Shown in pieces: positions 32,071-41,206 of a stretch of DNA of 64,000 nt (the first letter of the stretch is position 1; the number at the start of each line of letters is the position of its first letter). Made by a program: the position numbers and the translations under genes. A model generated the notes under the pieces. The model saw nothing but the letters and a program-made list of their open reading frames with translations. It ran no database searches and was not told the DNA's origin. The stretch is from a virus, in the IMG/VR virus record IMGVR_UViG_3300024259_000012; one strand, written 5' to 3'.

Positions 32071-33115
32071 TATGCTCTTTCGCAAATTTGTCCAACCCAA
32101 TAAAACACATGGTTAGTCACGTTTCCAAATTTGGCAATGCTTGATGGATTTGGTCTTCAAGTACCATCTTCTCAAATGCAAATTTATTCAGCGTTGGTAT
32201 GTCACCCTTGACCAAGCCTCTCAGTGTAGATTTGGCGTGCGAGCTTATGTCAACATCATGCAATTGCATCAATTTATAATTGAGACCAAGCACATCCTTG
32301 CTGTTCAATATGTTCTCATGTACAGCCAACGAGCCGGTCTCAGCCGCTTCAAATAAATCATTCACCGTAAATACTGCAGGTTCAACAATTTCAGGAAACC
32401 TCTTAACCAGCGTTTTCAGTCCGACGCCTTTGACGCCAGGAATATTATCAGATTTGTCACCCTCAAGAATTCTATACATCAAAAAATTGTGTGGTGGAAT
32501 TTCATAATCCCGTTGCACAGCAAGTGGATTGTATAAAACCTTTTTGGTTGGAGACCACACGGAAATCCGGTCATTTACAAGTTGTAAGAAATCCTTGTCC
32601 GTGCTCATTATAACTATATTACTTTCGGTCAGCAACTGCTTGGAAATATAAGCCATTGAATCATCGGCTTCTATATTTTCAATCGTCACAATTGTCATTG
32701 GAAGATGTTTGAGATATTCCAATGCTCGCTGAATCTGCATGTACATGGACTGTTTTTCATCCTCAACAGAACTGAATTCATCCGACCTATTTACTTTTGA
32801 TGCAATCTTGCGATTTGCTTTATATTCGGGAAATAGTTTCTTGCGCCGCTTTGACCCGCCCTTACCATCAAATGTGATAATGACACGAGTTGGTTGTATG
32901 GTTTTTATTGCATACCCAACCGAGCGTAAAAATCCCGTGATGCCACCCACATGAACCCCATTTACATTGGTAGTTGGGGTCACCGCAAAAGCACGGATAA
33001 ATGTGTTTAGACCATCTATTATTAAAACCTTGCTGTCAGTTTCAAGGCTGTCAGCGTTTTCATGCTCATCTTTTAACTGAGTCATGATATTATTAAAAAT
33101 CTTTCTATCAATCAT
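32063..33115 (-). CDS. 5'-3' exonuclease / RNase H-like flap nuclease, 1 TGA near C-terminus
   Basis: IIDG, FDGKGG, YKANR, EADD, STDKD, GDKSDNIPGV; NLET*LTMCF TGA at 32117, next stop TAG 32063. Confidence 0.9.
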
Positions 33116-33264
33116 ATTATACCCGTTTCCAAGACAAACGAACGGGTATTTTATACTTTTTTATGTAACCATATATTTATACAAGAACATACAACCTAAT
33201 AAAATACCCTATTTCGTTTATCACCTAAGTAGATTTTCTTAGCCGCCAAGCCTTCTACTTAATT

Positions 33265-34356
33265 TTATTCATCAACGATTTCAATATCCTCTTCATCATG
33301 GACTTCGGCATCGCTTTTGTATTCCATTATTAAAGCACCACATATCAAATCATATATGTACTCTTCAAGACCTTCATTCTCTGCAAGAGCTTCTTTAAAT
33401 TTCGCAGGGGTGAATTTAATCACCTTATCGTTGAACTCAACAACATACGAATTTTTCTCTTTCTTACACAATTTGTAGTCTTTTAGCACCACAAGCCAAC
33501 TCGCATAATCATCTATACCAGAATCAAAATACATGTGGAACTCCGCTTTTCTTAACGGTGGACCCAATCTGTTTTTTGTGATTTCACACTTGGTTTTCAT
33601 ACCAACGATTTCTTCACTTTTCTTAATTCTTCCAAGATTTGAAAGACGGATGCGAACCGATGCGTGGAATGGCAATGCTTTACCACCCGATGTTGTATAT
33701 TTATCACCGAACATTGCACCTAATTTGTCACGCAATTGATTAGTAAAAACTATTGCAATTTTTTCTTTGCTGATTAAATTGGTAATTTTTCTCATAGCCT
33801 TAGACATGATAATTGCTTTTGCCGTAGCCCAGCCTTCCTTATCAAAATCTTGCTCCATTTCTACCTTTGTGGATGCGCCCGCCACGCTATCAACTAAAAT
33901 AGCAACAAGCCTGTCGCTATCACCTTCACGAACCTTGGCAATAATGTCTTCAATTGTTTCAAAAACATCTTCCATAGTTTCCGCTGGGACATACACCATC
34001 TCTTGTGTATTAACACCAATTGCATTTAAAAATTGTCGGCTAACCGCAGATTCAGTATCAATGTATACTGCGATTCCACCTTTTTTCTGACACTCTGCCA
34101 GAATGTGTGCGCCAACCAAACTTTTACCGGACGCTTCAAGGCCATTAATTTCACATATTCTACCAACTGGTATTCCACCATGTGGCATATTTGCAATGCG
34201 TAAATCTAATATACTTGAGCCGGTTGAAATTCAATCGGAAATATCAGCGGGATTTTCATCATCAAGAAAATGTGCAACCTTTAGTCCGCCACCTGAATTC
34301 AAGGAATCTGCAATTGAATTAACAAGCACATCTTCCCTATCTATTGTATCTGTCAT
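33265..34356 (-). CDS. RecA/UvsX-like recombinase, 1 in-frame TGA
   Basis: Start MTDTIDRE at 34356 after GGAG; ISD*ISTGS TGA at 34231-34233; GLEASGKS, DSVA, NQLR, SGGKAL. Confidence 0.92.
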
Positions 34357-34377
34357 ATTTTTCTCCATCATGTAATT

Positions 34378-34399
34378 GGGGCGAAGTTGCCTCCGCCCC
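34378..34399. other. GC-rich hairpin between SSB and recombinase genes
   Basis: ggggcg...cgcccc inverted repeat; no clear U-tract on the coding strand. Confidence 0.5.
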
Positions 34400-34416
34400 T
34401 GTTATTACTTTACCGT

Positions 34417-35196
34417 TTATGCTGTTGCCTTGGCCTTGTTGAACAGGTCATCGAAATCAGCGGCGGTTGCAGACTGGGATGTAACCTCAGCCTGTTGTGG
34501 TGATGGAGTGTCGGTTACTTCAGTATCTTCTTCTTCATCCGTTGGATTCAGATATTGGACTAAAGCATCCTTCAAGTCATCATATGTTAATTCCTGATAG
34601 ACTTCCCTAATATCCTTTTGGTTATTAAGTAGTGCATCCAACTGAGCTTTGTTCTCAGTCAATGGTGTCTGATTAGGTTTAACACGGATTGTTGTTTTTG
34701 GAAAGTTTGCGCCGGTTTCTTCCTTTGGAATGAATTTCACCGTGATGTCACGACCGTTTAACGGGTCTGAAATATCACCATAATCTTCATCAAGAAAGAA
34801 TTCCATTAGCTCAGTATTAACTAACTTTCCAAAGCCCCAAAACTTAACACCTTGAGCTTCTTCACCACGAACAACTACAGGTAGAAATGTACGTGTTTTG
34901 GCCTCAAGTTTACGAGCCATTTGATAAGAATCCTTATCTCCGTTTGCTCTTAGTTTAATTGCGAATTCTTCGATTGGGTCAGGACGACCGAATGAAAGGG
35001 GTGACAAGTATGTTTTTCCACCAATGTCATAGTGGAATTGCATTTCAATAAATGGATTATCCGGTACGTGCTTATATGGTACTACACGAATGACCGTTTC
35101 ACCATTAGTTGGTTTTCACAGGCTTGTGGTTTTGTTTGACTCGCTGTTTAATTGTGTTAGTTTTTTACGAAGTGCATCAAGATTGATTGCTCCCAT
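34417..35196 (-). CDS. Single-stranded DNA-binding protein (gp32-like), 1 in-frame TGA
   Basis: MGAINLDALRKKL...TSL*KPTNGETVIRVVPY; TGA at 35116-35118; KFWGFGK, YGDISDP..GRDI, acidic tail DFDDLF. Confidence 0.88.
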
Positions 35197-35346
35197 GGGT
35201 GTTCTCCTCTTTTGTTATTTGTCATTTGTCTTTTGTCGATGGCCATTAGTTGTCTTGCAACCTTTTCCATACATTAATATATAGCATATATATTCGCCAA
35301 ATGCACGTTTATTTTGGGTTTTTTTGAATTATTTTTGAATTATTTT

Positions 35347-35565
35347 TTAGTAAATCTGGGATAGGATGCTTTCATAAACAAAGTCAGCGTCCTCGTTAAC
35401 CCAATCAAGCTCCTGCTCAGTTAGGTCACGTCCGTCTATACTCGCCTGTGAAATGAACGCATCACAATAATCTGGGGCGTCTTTGGAATTGATATCTTCT
35501 ACATAAACATCTTCTAATTTTGATAAGTCTACCACGAACCATGTTCTCCTATAATTACACCACAT
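35347..35565 (-). CDS. Hypothetical acidic protein
   Basis: DAPDYCDAFIS...LTEQELD; own sigma70-like promoter upstream; start may be GTG at 35535. Confidence 0.6.
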   Translation of the reverse strand: MWCNYRRTWFVVDLSKLEDVYVEDINSKDAPDYCDAFISQASIDGRDLTEQELDWVNEDADFVYESILSQIY

Positions 35566-35589
35566 ATGTTGTCATTTCCCTCACACCCT

Positions 35590-35618
35590 ATAATACAACA
35601 TTTTTCTGCGATATGCAA
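35590..35618 (-). promoter_or_regulatory. Sigma70-like promoter TTGCAT-17-TATTAT
   Basis: Same hexamers and spacing as 41207-41235; A-rich upstream tract. Confidence 0.65.
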
Positions 35619-35637
35619 GAACTATTTTGAATTATTT

Positions 35638-35847
35638 TTATACAATCCATTCTTCATCTACTCGTGTTTTGCCACATTTAACGCATGTGTAAGTAACCGC
35701 AAATCCACGCTTCCTTACATACGTCCCAAACAGCGACACATAGCCGTACGAACGTTCCAATGAACGGGAGTCAGTTTTCTCATAGATGTGTGAATAGCAC
35801 CTATTTTTGAACCAATTTAGTCCCAACATGATTTCGTCCATTCCCAT
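35638..35847 (-). CDS. Small hypothetical protein
   Basis: C-x-x-H...CVKCG. Confidence 0.45.
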   Translation of the reverse strand: MGMDEIMLGLNWFKNRCYSHIYEKTDSRSLERSYGYVSLFGTYVRKRGFAVTYTCVKCGKTRVDEEWIV

Positions 35848-36161
35848 TGACCATCTTCACGGAGTTGAATTCGCACGTCACCTTCGGAGTAATCCTTCTG
35901 ACCTTCAAAATATGCATATTCCATCGCTTTGCGAACGCTTGCTTTGATGGTTGTTGAATTTGAGGCATCTACTTCTATGGCCGATGACTCGCTGATAATA
36001 TCATCAGTTACTATAATTGTAGTTACCGGTGCCGTAGACGTGAGCGTACCATTAATGATTCCAATATGGTCGTGCGACCCATCACATCCAGCACTCTGCG
36101 CAGTTATCGCCGATGTGAACCCTATAAAGCGTGCTATCAGGCTCGTCCCATTCATAACCAT
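35817..36161 (-). CDS. Hypothetical protein (start uncertain)
   Basis: C-terminal AMEYAYFEGQKD...GDVRI...WTKSCWD looks protein-like. Confidence 0.45.
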   Translation of the reverse strand: MVMNGTSLIARFIGFTSAITAQSAGCDGSHDHIGIINGTLTSTAPVTTIIVTDDIISESSAIEVDASNSTTIKASVRKAMEYAYFEGQKDYSEGDVRIQLREDGQWEWTKSCWD

Positions 36162-36270
36162 TGTGCTTATTGATGTGATGTCCTGGCTCTATTTCTTCTC
36201 GGATTTTCTTGTCAACTCTCGCTTTATGAAAGTCCGACAAGTCCCTATAATCGGTCATTGTCATTGTGCA
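36082..36270 (-). CDS. Small hypothetical protein ending at or reading through TGA
   Basis: MTMTDYRDL...CAECWM; next TAA is 10 codons after the TGA. Confidence 0.35.
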   Translation of the reverse strand, partial: CTMTMTDYRDLSDFHKARVDKKIREEIEPGHHINKHNGYEWDEPDSTLYRVHIGDNCAECWM

Positions 36271-36517
36271 CTCCATTTTTAGGCTTCTCAAGCAACTGCT
36301 TCACAACATCAACAATTGCCAATAGTTCATCTATTTCCTCAAACTTCAAAACTTGGTCGCCCTCATCATTCAGTTGAGTGAGCTTAATAATTTCACCGCC
36401 GCCCTCATCATCCAATGCGACCTCAGTTACGAGGTCGCCGAATATTGGACTTGTTTCAGACATTGGGAACACATTAATTTGTATCACCTTTGATTTATAT
36501 TTTTTAGACATCTTCAA
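36245..36517 (-). CDS. Hypothetical protein
   Basis: VALDDEGGGEIIKLTQ. Confidence 0.55.
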   Translation of the reverse strand: MKMSKKYKSKVIQINVFPMSETSPIFGDLVTEVALDDEGGGEIIKLTQLNDEGDQVLKFEEIDELLAIVDVVKQLLEKPKNGVHNDNDRL

Positions 36518-36992
36518 CCTTCGTTAAAGCAACACCATCTGGGTGCTCATGAGAAAGCTTCGCAAGCTTGCCCACACGGGTGCTAAGTCTAATCACCATT
36601 CGCATGATGTATAGTCCTGCCCAAACTGCTCCGATGAGTAAGAATAGCGGCCATATCAAGAATACGATAATCCAACTCACTCCGCCGCCAAGGCCAACCA
36701 ACATCAAACCAAGAGCGTCCCATGTATATTGTGTAGGTGCCCCTGAGTCTGAATAATTTCCATAGGGTTCAACGCCCATTTGCAGTCCGTATTCATCCTT
36801 GAAAAACCACTTGAACGGGGTGGCGTAAATTGAAACCTGCTTCCACCAATTTGGTGCAAAGGCACGGTCACCATCATAAAGATATTGTTTCAGTTTTGAC
36901 AGCATTGGCAACACTATGGTCAAAAATGCTAAAACTGTGGTGGACACTATTATACCATACATACCAAGTGTATCATAAATTTCAAATAACAT
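36504..36992 (-). CDS. Membrane protein, paralog of 36994..37467
   Basis: About 3 hydrophobic segments; shared motifs KLxQYxxDG, PxWW, WPL, HxHP. Confidence 0.7.
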   Translation of the reverse strand: MLFEIYDTLGMYGIIVSTTVLAFLTIVLPMLSKLKQYLYDGDRAFAPNWWKQVSIYATPFKWFFKDEYGLQMGVEPYGNYSDSGAPTQYTWDALGLMLVGLGGGVSWIIVFLIWPLFLLIGAVWAGLYIMRMVIRLSTRVGKLAKLSHEHPDGVALTKVEDV

Positions 36993-36993
36993 A

Positions 36994-37467
36994 TTAATCT
37001 CCTACCATTGTGTGTTCAACATCCTTTGGATGCTTGTGTGCAAATTGTGCGAGCTTGACAACTTTCTTGGTGAGTCTGGTGACTGCACGTAAAAGGTACA
37101 GGGCACCCCATAATGACAAGCATACAATCACAAGTGGCCATAAAAGAATTACAGCCGCCCAAGAAATCGCATTTAACATACTTACAAACATTTCCTCACC
37201 GTCCCAGCTTGCGGGCGATGGCGTGTCCGTATCATCATAATCATACTTTGGACTGACCCCATAATACTTATCGTCCTCTATCCACTTATACGGAAATACA
37301 AATCGTGAGAGGGGAACCCACCATTTTGGAACGTGGGCATAGGTGCCATCATTGATATACTGTACAAGCTTGGTGGCTATTGGCACCAACATTGTCATGA
37401 ATATCATTGCTGACCCCGCTACAATAGCGGCGTATTCAGCTACGGCTTTGTAAATTTCTTGGTACAT
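36994..37467 (-). CDS. Membrane protein, paralog of 36504..36992
   Basis: Same motifs; AAGGAG SD. Confidence 0.7.
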   Translation of the reverse strand: MYQEIYKAVAEYAAIVAGSAMIFMTMLVPIATKLVQYINDGTYAHVPKWWVPLSRFVFPYKWIEDDKYYGVSPKYDYDDTDTPSPASWDGEEMFVSMLNAISWAAVILLWPLVIVCLSLWGALYLLRAVTRLTKKVVKLAQFAHKHPKDVEHTMVGD

Positions 37468-37598
37468 GTTGTTTTCTCCTTTATTTGTTTTAGCAAGTCG
37501 CTTGCCTCTGTCAACCCATAGTTGAAAAGCATTTCTTCAAGCGGTGCTATCAGTTTTTTCAATTTCCGAACTTGATGTGGGCTTAGTCCGCTTTTCAT
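37440..37598 (-). CDS. Small hypothetical protein (52 aa)
   Basis: MKSGLSPHQVRKLKKL... fills the gap. Confidence 0.4.
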   Translation of the reverse strand: MKSGLSPHQVRKLKKLIAPLEEMLFNYGLTEASDLLKQIKEKTTCTKKFTKP

Positions 37599-37609
37599 TT
37601 CATACCACG

Positions 37610-38560
37610 TTAGAATTGGCCGTACTCCACTTGGAAAGTTGGTATTCCAACTACCTCTCTCCAGTGTTCAATCATTTGGTCACGGTCATCCAAAATGAAC
37701 AACACATTGTATTTGCCCTTGATTTCAGCTTCATACAATTCATCCTTGATAATTGAATCTCTCCTTGAATCGTTTGGTGCTCTCATAAATAAGTTGTCAC
37801 CATACTTTACAGTAAAGGCGGTCTTATCTCTGAACCACCGAAGTGTTTCGTCACGGGCGTTTCCATCACGACCTGATAAGAATATGATTTTAACTCGTTC
37901 ATGCTGTTCATCCCATGGTAACATATCATTGTGAAATTGATATGTTTCTAATATATGTTGAACTGGGGCATTCACATCATCCTCGTACACAGCAGACCAA
38001 TCAAATGGACTTCTACCAGTCATCTTAGCGATGGTTCCGTCAATGTCAACCAAGATACATTTTGGCAATGACTCATCTTGGTCAATGTAAAATGACTCAT
38101 TCTTTGTTGGTGGATAGTATGTCTCAGGAACCAACAAAAGCTTTCCTGGCTTGATATACTTGTTATAGAACGTATCTACCACATCCGGTGGAACTGCATC
38201 TTCACGGTTGTCATTCCGCCTGTGAGCCTCTTTCAAGGTCACTTCAACCATTGTTTCAACTACCTTCACATCACCAACTTTTTGAGCGATGGCGTGCCAT
38301 TCGTTGACAGTCTTTTGACGCAAGTTTGTATCATCGGTTACAACATTCAACCCCTTTTTCAAAGCGTCAAACGCCATAGCTTGGGTTGCCTTCGTGATTA
38401 TGGTCTCATTTTTCTGAGTGAAAACTGACATGTTCATCATTTTTCTAAACTCATCACGATTGATTCTAACCCAAGATTTTGGGTTTTTAGCAACAAATTT
38501 ACGTGCTTCTGTTGATTTTCCGGATGCCGGAATTCCTCTATATATTCTAAGTGTCTGCAT
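37610..38560 (-). CDS. pseT: Polynucleotide 5'-kinase/3'-phosphatase (T4 PseT-like)
   Basis: GIPASGKST P-loop, RINRD, DIDGT, SGR, DDRDQ. Confidence 0.9.
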   Translation of the reverse strand: MQTLRIYRGIPASGKSTEARKFVAKNPKSWVRINRDEFRKMMNMSVFTQKNETIITKATQAMAFDALKKGLNVVTDDTNLRQKTVNEWHAIAQKVGDVKVVETMVEVTLKEAHRRNDNREDAVPPDVVDTFYNKYIKPGKLLLVPETYYPPTKNESFYIDQDESLPKCILVDIDGTIAKMTGRSPFDWSAVYEDDVNAPVQHILETYQFHNDMLPWDEQHERVKIIFLSGRDGNARDETLRWFRDKTAFTVKYGDNLFMRAPNDSRRDSIIKDELYEAEIKGKYNVLFILDDRDQMIEHWREVVGIPTFQVEYGQF

Positions 38561-38783
38561 TTATAATTCCCGCCTCCAAATCCTTAATATATTCAACCGC
38601 CAAGTCAATGGCTTTCATGGCACACCCCTGTCTTGACTGTGTGCCGTCTTTATGTGTCCGCAACTCACCGTTGCCATCCATTGGGTCGTATTCAAATTCT
38701 GCGAGTGGAATCTTTGAATCTTCACTCTCAACTATAATAGTGTCGTTAGCTTCAAAATCCCACCAATATTTACTTGACATCAT
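38547..38783 (-). CDS. Hypothetical protein
   Basis: AAGGAG SD; ATGA overlap with upstream gene. Confidence 0.55.
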   Translation of the reverse strand: MMSSKYWWDFEANDTIIVESEDSKIPLAEFEYDPMDGNGELRTHKDGTQSRQGCAMKAIDLAVEYIKDLEAGIINADT

Positions 38784-39313
38784 GCTATCTCCTTGTATTC
38801 AAACAATTCGTCCAGCATTTTCCACGCTTTGGCAAACTGATTTCCACGCTTCAGTGCAAACCTGAATACCGGATATTCTCTACGATACTGCGAATATAGT
38901 CGGTGACCCTCAGCTTTTGAATTACTTCCATTTGCATAGCGGTCACACATTTTCAAAAAGGTTCCCAATCGGCTATCACGGGTCTTTGGCAGGGTCTTGA
39001 ACATGCGTTCAATTCTGTTCTTCCCAGATTCATCTGTGACTGAGAAAATAACATCGGCTTCGTCTGTACCAAACTTAGATTCAACCTTGTTGTATGACAT
39101 ACCAGTGTCTTCAATCAAATCGTGACCAAATACAGCCCGAATTAAAATCTCATAATCGTGCTTCGAAAGACTGTCATCCATGAATAAATCAATAATTTCA
39201 CGAACCATATCCAAATGAACACTGTATGATTTTCCAGTACCATATGTCTGTTTAACTTGGTCGTGCTTACTCTTAGCAAACGCTCTCAATTCTTTGATGT
39301 CATTTATTATCAT
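38780..39313 (-). CDS. HD-domain hydrolase (SpoT/Mesh1-like)
   Basis: H...Y...Y..HL, HDLIEDT, SVTDE, KMCDRYAN; ends at TGA in an ATGA overlap. Confidence 0.8.
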   Translation of the reverse strand: MIINDIKELRAFAKSKHDQVKQTYGTGKSYSVHLDMVREIIDLFMDDSLSKHDYEILIRAVFGHDLIEDTGMSYNKVESKFGTDEADVIFSVTDESGKNRIERMFKTLPKTRDSRLGTFLKMCDRYANGSNSKAEGHRLYSQYRREYPVFRFALKRGNQFAKAWKMLDELFEYKEIA

Positions 39314-40175
39314 AAAGCACATCCAATAACTTTTTGTAAAATGCCAATGGGTTGGCAGTTGTTGCTAAGCCAGATACCTCTCCGGCTCCTGTCTCTAATA
39401 TAAACGGTTTTTTGTCTCCTGCAAGTGCAAAATCAATTGTCATGAATGTTGAGTCAAGTTCATTTGCGATGCGTAATAAAATATTTGGAACAATCGGGTC
39501 AAAGTGAACACCCTCTTCATTGTTCGCATCAATGGAAATTATTTGACCATTGAGAATGAACGCACGAAATTCCTGCTTGATACCATCTATTTCATTTATA
39601 GGGATGTATTCCTTTGAAACGATGCCTTTATTGAAGCCGTACATTTTCCGACTTTCAATCATATTTTCAATTGTACGTCTTGCCGCCTTGGCATCCATTG
39701 GTTTTTTCACATGCATGGCGTTTTCAACACCCTTTGCAGACTTGACCCAATCCTTGACAATATACGGCTTGTAATCAAGATGTATTGCTATGGACTGCGT
39801 GTGAAATTCCTCTCCAACAATTATGTCAGTGTTTGGGGAATATTGGTGCAGGGTGTCGGAATATTTGTATGCGTATGGAAAATAATGCACAGTTACATAT
39901 TGGTCAGTTCGTTGCAACGTCGTAAATCCAACCCCTCTAAGACCATTTTCAAATCTATTGTATTGCTCTTCGGTCAGCATCCAACCCCGATACAAAATTG
40001 TAGTAGCCTGTGCTCTAACCCTGAAAGGATTTACCCACTCTTCGTCGTTTAGCAGTGCATCATAATCAAATAATATAACCGCTTCACCGAGCAATTGTAG
40101 GGCTTCCCACTCAGCGTGGAAATCGTAATCCGGCTGTCGCTTGTTTATCGGGTTCCATGGCATTGCAAAAATCAT
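39300..40175 (-). CDS. ATP-grasp (R2K-like) domain protein
   Basis: LYRGWML, IVKDWVKSAK, EFRAF, TIDFA...ILETGAGEVSG; ends at TGA. Confidence 0.75.
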   Translation of the reverse strand: MIFAMPWNPINKRQPDYDFHAEWEALQLLGEAVILFDYDALLNDEEWVNPFRVRAQATTILYRGWMLTEEQYNRFENGLRGVGFTTLQRTDQYVTVHYFPYAYKYSDTLHQYSPNTDIIVGEEFHTQSIAIHLDYKPYIVKDWVKSAKGVENAMHVKKPMDAKAARRTIENMIESRKMYGFNKGIVSKEYIPINEIDGIKQEFRAFILNGQIISIDANNEEGVHFDPIVPNILLRIANELDSTFMTIDFALAGDKKPFILETGAGEVSGLATTANPLAFYKKLLDVLYDNK

Positions 40176-40179
40176 AATG

Positions 40180-40399
40180 TTACCAATCTATTTTATTTGA
40201 TTGTATTGAGGCAATTCCCCATATACATGTGACTGCGATATCTTCCAATTCCGCAATAATTTTCTCATGGTCATTTGCATGAATTTCATCTTTGAATTCA
40301 CGAACTTCCTCATCTAAAACTCCCGAGATTTCATGAATGGTCTACAGCTACAATCGCATATTCTCGGATTGTTATTTCCTCGTGTTTACATTCACCCAT
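40180..40399 (-). pseudogene. Frame-disrupted MazG-like (NTP pyrophosphatase) remnant
   Basis: HEISGVLDEEVREFKDE...IIAELEDIAV lies in a frame with no start codon, +1 relative to the ATG at 40399. Confidence 0.5.
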
Positions 40400-40641
40400 T
40401 ATCTGCTCCCGTCCTTAAATGCTTCTTTTGTCTTGTCTGAAAATTTCTTGATGTCTTCCATTTCCATGTCAAATTTACGCCAAACGTATTGTTCTATGGC
40501 CCCGTACAAATCTGCCAATTCACATAATTGAAGTACCAAATCGTCCTGCTCCCAAGCATCTTCAAGCTCAACAAACTCTTCCTTGATTTTTGAAAAGTGT
40601 CCGTACTTGCCTCTTGGTATGTCTTTCTTGTGGTAGCCCAT
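40399..40641 (-). CDS. MazG-like/HisE-like nucleotide pyrophosphatase
   Basis: KIKEEFVELEDA...ELADLYGA. Confidence 0.7.
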   Translation of the reverse strand: MGYHKKDIPRGKYGHFSKIKEEFVELEDAWEQDDLVLQLCELADLYGAIEQYVWRKFDMEMEDIKKFSDKTKEAFKDGSR

Positions 40642-41201
40642 TATTTATCCCGTTTTGTGTTTTTGTTCATTATAACCCTTGACAGCCTTGGCTCCGCACA
40701 TCCCGTGCCGTAAATCCAAGTCAAAAATTCTGATTGTCGGATTCCATAGCTCCCAAGTTCATAGCCATTGTATTTGATATCATACCCATCAGCGGTTACG
40801 AATCTCTCAAATTTGTTTGGCGTCTTGAGGTATTTCGCAAAGAAATCTTCTGCCGCAATCAACACTTGCATAAGTGCATCCCGAGACACATCATCGGTTT
40901 TTATCAATTCATTTTTTAAGAAATATTTACCATGCATGGCGTCTCGTGGGTCTCTCCTAAAACATGGGGTGACCGTTTGAAATTGCCCAAGTGGAAGAAA
41001 GCCCTTGAGATACAATTCAAGAAATGACTGTTCACCCGATGCAACTAAATTTTTTCCGGTTGATACTTGGTATGGCAAAGTGTGTTCTGGCCTCGTGATA
41101 CTATCTATGTATTCAGAGACCGTCCACGGGGCTTCTATGCGCTTAAAACCGCATTCCTCGTAGTATGTTATGGACTCTGCTATGTATTTATAATTTATCA
41201 T
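40641..41201 (-). CDS. Minimal class II aminoacyl-tRNA synthetase-like catalytic domain
   Basis: GFKRIEAPW (motif 1-like), LVASGEQ, TPCFRRD...YFLKNEL (motif 2), ELGSYG, GTGCAEPRL (motif 3). Confidence 0.7.
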   Translation of the reverse strand: MINYKYIAESITYYEECGFKRIEAPWTVSEYIDSITRPEHTLPYQVSTGKNLVASGEQSFLELYLKGFLPLGQFQTVTPCFRRDPRDAMHGKYFLKNELIKTDDVSRDALMQVLIAAEDFFAKYLKTPNKFERFVTADGYDIKYNGYELGSYGIRQSEFLTWIYGTGCAEPRLSRVIMNKNTKRDK

Positions 41202-41206
41202 GCTGT

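Noticed and set aside
35321-35346. Short tttttgaatta direct repeats (also near 35622) and ttagaagtttt repeats near 55852
   Set aside because: Low-complexity AT-rich tracts upstream of promoters; too short to call iterons or an origin
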